Shown here piece after piece: positions 56,816 to 64,000 of a stretch of DNA of 64,000 nt (its first letter is position 1; every line of letters begins with the position of its first letter). Both the position numbers and the translations under genes were made by a program. Source of the stretch: an uncultured Salipiger sp. GTDB taxonomy: Bacteria; Pseudomonadota; Alphaproteobacteria; Rhodobacterales; Rhodobacteraceae. The DNA lies in assembly GCA_964022595.1 (NCBI GenBank), contig CAXICP010000001.1, forward strand, positions 756 to 64,755, given 5' to 3'. The notes under the pieces are model-generated. The model was given only the letters and a program-made list of their open reading frames with translations, was not told the origin of the DNA and searched no databases.

Positions 56816-57075
56816 CAATAGAGCCCCACGAGATCGCTCGCTGTGGTGCCCGCTGCCCACACCCGCCTGACCCGAAGCGGGAAGATGCCCCCGGCCTGAA
56901 GGAAAAGCGTCGCTTCGGTATTGTCGAGCAGCGTCACGTGCACCCGGCCGGACACGCCCACGTTCAGGGCGCGGGTCACGGTGGGTAGGTCATCCGCATC
57001 GCTGGGGGTGATATCGAAACCGCCGTAGGGCGGCGAGTTGAGACCACGGATGAACTGGCTGAACTTGTCTGACAT
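56815..57075 (-). CDS. ghsA: GTA head spike base protein (Rcc01079/GhsA family)
   Basis: 86 aa, D.F......L.SP.....ITPSD..DL....RAL.V...G.......AG.I.PLR..RV.A.GTTA...VGLY signature; GGAGA RBS. Confidence 0.85.
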   Translation of the reverse strand: MSDKFSQFIRGLNSPPYGGFDITPSDADDLPTVTRALNVGVSGRVHVTLLDNTEATLFLQAGGIFPLRVRRVWAAGTTASDLVGLY

Positions 57076-57368
57076 CTTGAGGTTCTCCGGCAGTGAACGG
57101 CGTTTTGCCCGGCCCCGGCGGCACAACCTGCCATCGGTCCGGTCGCTGGAGAATCCTTCTGTTTCCTTAAGAATCCCGGATCGCACCGACCGCGGCCCCG
57201 CGCCTTGCTGCAACACCTGCGGGCAGGGGGACCCTTTGCGCCGCTTCCCGGCCGGCCCGGGGCATGCCCACTGTTGCGCACGCCCCCGTGATCGGCATAA
57301 CGATGACAGGGGGCGCCATCCCCCGCCGGGGCGCGGCCCCCCGTACGTGCCCAGCAGGAGAACCGCCC

Positions 57369-58529
57369 GTGACAGACAGCAGGACCTCTCTTGCCGCCGC
57401 GGACGCGGCGCCGCTGGTCTTCGTGTGGAACAACTTCGGCCCGATGCACGCCGACAGGATCGAAGCGGTGGCGCAGCGCTTTCCCGCCGCCCCCGTGCAC
57501 GGGATCGAACTGTTCGACCGCGACGTCACCTATGACTGGATCGGCGTCGACAGGCCCGGCTTCGACAAGACCACCCTGTTCGCGATGGACGAGACTCCGG
57601 GCCTTGCGCGCCGCACCCTGCGCCTGCTGCGCATGGCGTGGCGCCTGCGCCGGGCCCGCTGGTTCCTGTGCCATTACGAACGCCCCGAGGTGCTGGCGAC
57701 GGCGCTTGTGCTGCGGCTCTTCGGGGCAAAGGTCTTCACCATGGGCTGTTCGAAATTCGACGACAAGGACCGCTCGGCGCGCGGCGAATGGGTCAAAAGC
57801 CTTGCCCTGGCCCCCTATCACGGCGCGATCGGCACGCAGGAACGCAGCACCGGTTACTTCCGGTTTCTCGGCCTGCCCCGCGTCGCCAGCCCCTACAACA
57901 CGCTGTCGGTGGACCGCATGCGCGCGCAGGCAGCCGACCTGCCCCGCCCCGCCTTTGCCGACAGGCCCTGGACCATCGTCGCCCGGTTGGTCGACAAGAA
58001 GAACCTTGCCCTGGCGCTGCGGGCCTTCGCGCTTTACCGCGCGGGCGGCGGGCGGCGGGCGCTGAACCTGTGCGGCAACGGGCCGCTTGAACAGGCGCTG
58101 CGGGCGCAGGCCCGCGATCTGGGCATCGCCGACGCGGTGGTCTTTCACGGCTTCGTCCAGACGGCCGAGATTTCCCGCATCCTGTCGGGCAGCCTGGCGT
58201 TGATCCTGCCCAGTTCCGAGGAACAGTTCGGCAACGTGGTAATCGAGGCGCAGGCGCTCGACCTGCCGGTGCTAATCTCGGATCGGTGCGGCGCGCGCGA
58301 GATGCTGGTGCAGGACTGGGTGAACGGGTTCAGCTTTCCCCATGACAGCGCCGAAAGCCTTGCCGGCTACATGGCGCTGCTGGACGGCGACGAAGCCCTG
58401 TGCGCGCGGCTTGCCACCGGCGCGCGGGCCAGCGCACCGCGCGGCGATGTCGCCGCCTTTGCCGCCGCCGTGGCCACGCTGGTTACCCCACAGGCCGCTT
58501 CCGAAACCGCACCGAAGCCCGCAGCATGA
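57369..58529 (+). CDS. Glycosyltransferase family 4
   Basis: WNNFGPMH.DR, ARLVDKKN, EQFGNVVIEA; AGGAG RBS + GTG. Confidence 0.9.
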   Translation: MTDSRTSLAAADAAPLVFVWNNFGPMHADRIEAVAQRFPAAPVHGIELFDRDVTYDWIGVDRPGFDKTTLFAMDETPGLARRTLRLLRMAWRLRRARWFLCHYERPEVLATALVLRLFGAKVFTMGCSKFDDKDRSARGEWVKSLALAPYHGAIGTQERSTGYFRFLGLPRVASPYNTLSVDRMRAQAADLPRPAFADRPWTIVARLVDKKNLALALRAFALYRAGGGRRALNLCGNGPLEQALRAQARDLGIADAVVFHGFVQTAEISRILSGSLALILPSSEEQFGNVVIEAQALDLPVLISDRCGAREMLVQDWVNGFSFPHDSAESLAGYMALLDGDEALCARLATGARASAPRGDVAAFAAAVATLVTPQAASETAPKPAA

Positions 58530-59692
58530 CCCGCCCGCGCCTGGCCATCGTGCTGCCCTTTGTCTCGCCCGCAGGGGGCGGCGTGACCGAAGCCGTGCGC
58601 ATCCTCGTCGCGGCGCTGGTGCGCAAGAATGCATATGACATCACCGTGATCTCTTTCGAGTCGGATCAGGACGCGGCGGCGCTGCCAGACTGGCCGACCG
58701 GTATCGCGATCCACCGCTTTGCCTTTCACGGCCCCGCCCGGTTCGCCTTTTCGCCAAGTATGGCATGGCACATGGCACGCCATCGCTATGACATCGTGCA
58801 CGTACACGGAATCTGGATGTTTCATGTGTTTGCCGCAGGCGTGGCCATGGCGCGCGGCGCGGCCGGAATCGTATCGCCGCATGGAATGTTGGAGCCGTGG
58901 ATTCTGGCGCGCTCGGCGCGGCTCAAGTCGGCGGTCTCGGCGCTGTTTCAGAAATGGGTGATGCGCCGGGCCCGCGCGATCCATGTGCTGACCGAAAAGG
59001 AACGTGGCGATCTGGATGGCTACCTGCCCGGGCTGCCCGCCGAGATCGTGCCGAATTTCGTCCCCGACGCCGTCACCCCGGATTTGCCCGCCCCATGGGC
59101 TGCGCAGGTCGAAGGGCGCGAGGTCTGGCTGTTTCTCGCCCGCATCCACGAAAAAAAGGGCTGGCCCGCGCTGCTGGATGCCTGGGATGCGCTGTGCGTC
59201 GCAGACCCCGACACCGTACAAGGCGCGGCGCTGGTGTTTTGCGGCTGGATCGACGGCGATGACAGCTTTGCCGCGCGGCTGGCACAAAGCGCGGCGCACC
59301 ATGGCAACGTGATCCACGCAGGGCCGCAATACGGGGCCGACAAGCTGGCCAGCTTTGCGCGCGCGGATGTGTTCGTGCTGCCCTCGATGTCCGAAGGGCT
59401 GCCGATGACAGTGCTTGAAGCCGTGCGTCAGGACGCGCTGATCGCCATGAGCGCCGCCTGCAACCTGCCCGATTTCTTTCCCGCCGCAGCGATCGACACC
59501 GGCACCGACACACAGACGATCCTGGCAGCGCTGCAGCGCATCCGCGCCATGCCCCCCGAGGCGCGCGCCGCCATGCGGGCCGCCGCCACCGCCCGCCTGC
59601 GGCAGAACTACGGTGAAGAAGCGGTCATGGCGCGCTATCTCGCGCTGTACACAGCATGCCAGACGCCCAGCCCCTGTGACGATCAACCCTGA
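58526..59692 (+). CDS. Glycosyltransferase family 4
   Basis: HVHGIW, SPHGML.PW, ARIHEKKG, SEGLPMTVLEA. Confidence 0.92.
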   Translation: MTRPRLAIVLPFVSPAGGGVTEAVRILVAALVRKNAYDITVISFESDQDAAALPDWPTGIAIHRFAFHGPARFAFSPSMAWHMARHRYDIVHVHGIWMFHVFAAGVAMARGAAGIVSPHGMLEPWILARSARLKSAVSALFQKWVMRRARAIHVLTEKERGDLDGYLPGLPAEIVPNFVPDAVTPDLPAPWAAQVEGREVWLFLARIHEKKGWPALLDAWDALCVADPDTVQGAALVFCGWIDGDDSFAARLAQSAAHHGNVIHAGPQYGADKLASFARADVFVLPSMSEGLPMTVLEAVRQDALIAMSAACNLPDFFPAAAIDTGTDTQTILAALQRIRAMPPEARAAMRAAATARLRQNYGEEAVMARYLALYTACQTPSPCDDQP

Positions 59693-59695
59693 CGA

Positions 59696-61843
59696 TCAGC
59701 TGGTGTAATAGCCGCGCCCGTAGGCGCCGTAGCCATAGCCGTAGCCGTAGCGCTTCATGCCGCGCAAATCGATGTTGTTCAGCACCAGCCCGCTGATCTG
59801 CACGTTGACGCTTTCGAACATTCCCAGCGCCTCGGACACCAGCTTGCGCGAGGTGCTGTCCCAGCGCACCACGAAGATGCCCGCGTCCACGTGCTGCGCG
59901 ATGATGCGCGCATCGGGCACCACCAGCACGGGCGGCGTGTCGATGATGACGTGATCGTAGTGCTTGCGCGCCTCGGCGACCAGTTCGGCAAAGCGCGCCG
60001 AGGCAAAGATGTCGGCGGCATTGGCCTTGGTCTCTTCGCCGAACAGCACGTCGATGCCGACCTTCTTGTCATGCACGACGGTCTGGGAAAACCCGCGCTG
60101 CCCGGTCAGCACCGAAATCATGCCGCCCTCGGGCTTCACATCGAAATAGCCCGACATCACGCGGCGGCGCACGTCGCCTTCGATCAGCAGCACGCGGCGG
60201 CCCATTTCCGCCAGGTTGTGCGCCAGGCTCAGCGACACGGTGGTCTTGCCCTCGCCCGGGATCGACGATGATACCATGATCACCCGCGGCGGGGAATCGA
60301 TGTTCGACAGCAGCACCGAGGTGCGCAGGTTGCGCACCGCCTCGGCCGCCGCCGAGGTCGGCTTTTCGGCGAAATAGCTCAGCACCGCCTTGCGCTTGCG
60401 CGGCGGGATGCGGGGGATTTCACCGATGACCGCGTATCCGGTCGAGGCTTCCAGCGATTGCGCCTCGCGGAAACTGTCGCTCAGCGTCTCGCGGATCAGC
60501 ACCAGCGCCGCGCCGGCCATCAGGCCCAGCACGCCGTACAGCACCAGGATGCGCGACTTGCGCGGCTCGGACGGCACCACCGGGATGACCGCATGCGACA
60601 GCACCCGGCTGTCGGCCTGCTGGATGCCCTGCTGGGCCGAGGTTTCCTTGAGCCGTGCCAGGAAATGTTCATAAAGCAGGCGGCTGGCCTCGGCTTCGCG
60701 GGTCAGCTGCTGCAGGGTGATCAGGTCGCTGTTCTGCTGCTGCACGCGGGCTTCGAAATCGGCCAGCGAGGTGGTCAGCACCTGCAGCTGGTTCTCAAGG
60801 CGCGACACTTCCTGGCGGGCCTGCAGCAGCAGCACGTCGAAGCGCTGTTCGAAGCGGGCGGCGGCCTGCGGCTCGCCAAGGTCGGGCAGCATGTTGCGCA
60901 GGCGGGTGTCGCCCGTGGCGGCGATGCGCTCGGCCGGGGTGCCTGCCGCCTCGATCGCGGCCAGGCGGTCCCTGGCGGCGCCCAGCCGGGACCCGGTGTC
61001 GGTGGTGCGGTCGCGCAGATCCTTGAGCTGCCGTTCGGCCGCCTCTAGGTCGGCGGGGCTGATCAGGTCGATGCCGGTGCTGAAGGCCTGGGCGCGGGTT
61101 TCGGCGGCCTCCAGTTCGGTCTGCAGCTCGGACACCCGTTCGGACAGCCAGCTTGCCGCCTGTTCCGTCGCCTCGAATTTCACCTCGAGCTGGTTTTCGA
61201 TGTAAAGCTCGACCAGCGCATCGGCCAGGCGGGTGGCCTTGCGGGGGTCTTCGGCTTCGACGGTGACCTGGAACACCAGGCTTTCGGGCACGTTGCGCAC
61301 CGACACCGCCCGGCGCAGCGCATCGATCACCGATTGCCGCACCAGCCGGGCGTTGTCCTCGGCGGGGCCCTGCGGCGCGGTGGAGGTCAGCCCCAGCAGG
61401 GATTTCACCGCCGCCTTGGCCCGCGCCACCGCCGTGGGCGGGTTGAGCGAGCCGTTGAATTCGGGGTCCGAAACCAGGTCCTGCCGGTCCACGAGCTTGC
61501 CCAGCAGATCGCGGCTGCGCAGCACCTCGACCTCGGTGTTGACGACCGAGCTTTCGCGCCCCAGCCCGCCCACGACGCTGTCCAGGTTGACCACCTGCTG
61601 GTCGCGGTTGTTCAGCATCACCACCACTTCGGAACGGTACAGCGGCGTTGCCACGGCATAGGCGTAATACCCCCCCAGCAGCACCGCCACGATCGTGAAC
61701 GCAAGGATGACGAGCCGACCGCGCCAGAGCGTGCGCAACATCGCGCCCAGATCGATGACGCCGTCGCTGCCCTGTGCCGGGTCGGTCTGGCGCCTGTCAC
61801 GCATGGTCACCCCGGCCCGGTTCGTGGAAAAAGAAGTATTCAT
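59696..61843 (-). CDS. wzc: Wzc-type polysaccharide co-polymerase/tyrosine autokinase (fused)
   Basis: IDL..L..LWR, EAVRNLRT, SSIPGEGKTT, IIDTPP, terminal YGYGYGYGAYGRGYY; start may be 61804. Confidence 0.93.
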   Translation of the reverse strand: MNTSFSTNRAGVTMRDRRQTDPAQGSDGVIDLGAMLRTLWRGRLVILAFTIVAVLLGGYYAYAVATPLYRSEVVVMLNNRDQQVVNLDSVVGGLGRESSVVNTEVEVLRSRDLLGKLVDRQDLVSDPEFNGSLNPPTAVARAKAAVKSLLGLTSTAPQGPAEDNARLVRQSVIDALRRAVSVRNVPESLVFQVTVEAEDPRKATRLADALVELYIENQLEVKFEATEQAASWLSERVSELQTELEAAETRAQAFSTGIDLISPADLEAAERQLKDLRDRTTDTGSRLGAARDRLAAIEAAGTPAERIAATGDTRLRNMLPDLGEPQAAARFEQRFDVLLLQARQEVSRLENQLQVLTTSLADFEARVQQQNSDLITLQQLTREAEASRLLYEHFLARLKETSAQQGIQQADSRVLSHAVIPVVPSEPRKSRILVLYGVLGLMAGAALVLIRETLSDSFREAQSLEASTGYAVIGEIPRIPPRKRKAVLSYFAEKPTSAAAEAVRNLRTSVLLSNIDSPPRVIMVSSSIPGEGKTTVSLSLAHNLAEMGRRVLLIEGDVRRRVMSGYFDVKPEGGMISVLTGQRGFSQTVVHDKKVGIDVLFGEETKANAADIFASARFAELVAEARKHYDHVIIDTPPVLVVPDARIIAQHVDAGIFVVRWDSTSRKLVSEALGMFESVNVQISGLVLNNIDLRGMKRYGYGYGYGAYGRGYYTS

Positions 61844-61987
61844 GGTATCCCGTCATGCCTGGCTCAGCCTGCGGTTCCGGTCGCGGCTGCCGGTTTCCTG
61901 TGCAGGATCTTACTGCGCTTCTATCCGCTTGCACGCATCATATCCAGCCGTACCGGCCCCCGAAGGGGGCGTTCCGCGCCGGCTGCC

Positions 61988-63037
61988 TTATCGTGAAGCG
62001 CCCGAAGCCGCCGTGCCGCCATGGTAATGGTCCTGGTACCATTGCACGAAACGCGCCACGCCGGTGGCCACGTCGGTGCCGGGCACGTAGCCGGTCAACT
62101 TGTGCAGCAGCGTCGCATCGGCCCATGTGGCGGGCACGTCGCCGGGCTGCATCGGCATCAGGTTGCGGATCGCCTCGCGGCCGGTCGCGGCTTCGATCGC
62201 GGCAATGAAATCAGTCAGCTGCACCGCGTCGGAATTGCCGATGTTCACCACCCGGAAGGGCGCCACCGGAGACAGGCTGTCGCCGCCCGGCACGATGCCG
62301 TTTGCGGGCCGCTCGGGGACCGCATCCATCAGGCGGCGGATGCCCGTCACCAGGTCGTCGACATAGGTGAAGTCGCGTTTCATGTCGCCGTGGTTGTAGA
62401 CGTCGATGGGCTCGCCGTTCAGGATCGCGCGGGTGAACTTGAACAGCGCCATGTCGGGGCGCCCCCATGGTCCGTAGACCGTGAAGAAGCGGAACATGGT
62501 GACCGGCAGGCCGAACAGATGCGCGTAGCTGTGCGCCATCGCCTCGCCCGCCTTCTTGGTGGCGGCGTAGAACGACATCTGGTGATCGGCCCGGTCGGTT
62601 TCGCGATAGGGCATCGCCGTGTTGGCGCCATAGGCCGACGAGGTCGAGGCCAGCAGCATGTGGCGCGGCGGATGCGCGCGAGCGGCTTCGAGGATCTCGA
62701 AGGTGCCGCCGATGTTGCTTTCCAGGTAGCTGCGCGGGTTCTCGATCGAATAGCGCACCCCCGCCTGCGCCGCGAGATGCACCACGTAATCGGGGCGGTG
62801 TTCCTCGAACAGGCGCATCATCAGCCCGTCGTCCTCGACCCGGCCGGTGATCTGCAGGAACGCATCGGTGCGCGGCAGCTGCGCAAGGCGCGCCTCTTTC
62901 AGCGCCACGTCGTAGTAATCGGTCATGGCGTCCAGCCCGATCACCCGAAAGCCGTCAGCCAGCAGGCGCTGGCAGACGTGAAACCCGATGAACCCGGCCG
63001 ATCCGGTGACAAGGACAGTTTTCTGCGCTGTCGTCAT
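61988..63037 (-). CDS. UDP-glucuronate 4-epimerase-like NAD-dependent epimerase
   Basis: TGSAGFIG, HLAAQAGVRYS.ENP, YAATKK, RFFTVYGPWGRPDMA, MQPGDV. Confidence 0.92.
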   Translation of the reverse strand: MTTAQKTVLVTGSAGFIGFHVCQRLLADGFRVIGLDAMTDYYDVALKEARLAQLPRTDAFLQITGRVEDDGLMMRLFEEHRPDYVVHLAAQAGVRYSIENPRSYLESNIGGTFEILEAARAHPPRHMLLASTSSAYGANTAMPYRETDRADHQMSFYAATKKAGEAMAHSYAHLFGLPVTMFRFFTVYGPWGRPDMALFKFTRAILNGEPIDVYNHGDMKRDFTYVDDLVTGIRRLMDAVPERPANGIVPGGDSLSPVAPFRVVNIGNSDAVQLTDFIAAIEAATGREAIRNLMPMQPGDVPATWADATLLHKLTGYVPGTDVATGVARFVQWYQDHYHGGTAASGASR

Positions 63038-63097
63038 GCTGCGATGTCGCCTCCTACCTGCGCGTGGGGCGGCCCCTGTACGCGAACCGCGCCGGCG

Positions 63098-64000
63098 TCA
63101 TAGCAGCCCTTGAAGATCCTGTGCCAGATGCCGGGCCCCGGCACGGCTGACATGCGAGGGGTCGAAATACAACACCGCGCCGTTGCTGTCGACCACCGGA
63201 CAAAGATCCGCCCCGCAGAGCCGCGCAACCGGGTCGTAAACCACAATCCCCGGCACGGTCGCGAGCTCGCGCAGCGCATCGCGCCAACCCGCCAGCTCGG
63301 TTTCAACCGTGGCGCGGGGGCGGCCGATCAGGACGGGATCCGTGCCCTTGGCCAAGGCATGTCCCGCTACAGCTGCAGCCTGCATGCCGATGTTCGGAAT
63401 TTGCGAGACCAGGATCAAGCTCTTGCCTTCCGCGACCAGGGCCTGCGCAATACGGCCATACCCGGCGCTGAAAGCCGTCTGATCCATGCTCGGAAAATAG
63501 TGCACCGCATCCGCAAAGAGGATCACGGTGTGGATGTCCCTGTCCTGCTCCAGCGCTTGCAACAGCGCCGCGTTGTCGCCCTGGCAGCGCGGGCGGTCGG
63601 CGAAATCCAGATCCAGTACCGGCGGGCAGGACGAAGCGGTAAGCAGGCGCAACGCCCGCCCCGAGTCGGCAAGCAACTGCGCCGTTTCGTAGCCGGCTTC
63701 GACGCCATGGCTGTCGCCCCAGACGGCGATGCTGGCGGCCACGTCCGGCGCGCCGGTCACGCAGCTCAGCGCGTAGGGCAGGTCCTGCCCCGCGCCGCGA
63801 TGACAGGCACCGCGCAGCGGGCTGTAATCTTCTTCGGCGGCGAACAGCGCCAGCGCGGCGCCCGGGAAACGCGCCGGCAGCCCGCGCAGCCCCATCACCA
63901 CCCCCGCCACCAGCGCCAGCGCCGCCATGCCCGCCAGGCCCCCGCTCAGGATGTTGCCGCTGAAGAGGGGGCGGTGCGCGATGGGCTGCTCGACGAAGCG
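63098..64000 (-). CDS. C-terminal part of OafA-like acyltransferase-3/SGNH protein (starts beyond window)
   Basis: Frame open to window edge (RFVEQPI..R, end of AT3 domain); WGDSHG, SCPP, YFDPSHVS. Confidence 0.82.
   Translation of the reverse strand, partial: RFVEQPIAHRPLFSGNILSGGLAGMAALALVAGVVMGLRGLPARFPGAALALFAAEEDYSPLRGACHRGAGQDLPYALSCVTGAPDVAASIAVWGDSHGVEAGYETAQLLADSGRALRLLTASSCPPVLDLDFADRPRCQGDNAALLQALEQDRDIHTVILFADAVHYFPSMDQTAFSAGYGRIAQALVAEGKSLILVSQIPNIGMQAAAVAGHALAKGTDPVLIGRPRATVETELAGWRDALRELATVPGIVVYDPVARLCGADLCPVVDSNGAVLYFDPSHVSRAGARHLAQDLQGLL

Noticed and set aside
54649-57075. Prophage remnant
   Set aside because: No integrase, terminase, capsid or tail genes; ORFs are intact with good RBSs
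57076-57368. Full CtrA box upstream of ghsA
   Set aside because: Only a single TTAA (57167-57170) with no partner at 7-bp spacing
59700-59750. GCCGTA tandem repeat
   Set aside because: Encodes the normal Wzc Tyr-Gly phosphorylation cluster

Overview
GC-rich alphaproteobacterial DNA, most consistent with a Rhodobacteraceae plasmid or chromid. It starts with a RepA-type replication module: repA, two iteron arrays, an AT-rich unwinding element and a ParA gene paired with a non-ParB partner that resembles VirC1/VirC2. A small copper module follows (CutF-like leader, TAT multicopper oxidase, cytochrome c). The remaining ~58 kb is surface-glycan genes in three blocks: (1) a VPLPA-CTERM/exosortase D EPS locus (6.3-36.5 kb); (2) a Gtr-like three-component rare-sugar modification cassette (37.4-44.2 kb); (3) a second Wzx/Wzy capsule locus (44.2-64 kb). 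The best novel candidate is an inverted cassette inside the second locus. It encodes a GTA head-spike base protein (GhsA/Rcc01079-like), a translationally coupled 37-aa peptide missing from the ORF track, and a tailspike-like beta-helix protein that is a clear paralog of the locus's own TAT-exported beta-helix enzyme. Locus 1 shows the same design (TAT enzyme plus a leaderless paralog fused to PKD/LamG domains). No rRNA, tRNA, CRISPR or transposase was recognised. All family calls come from motif recognition by eye; no searches were run.
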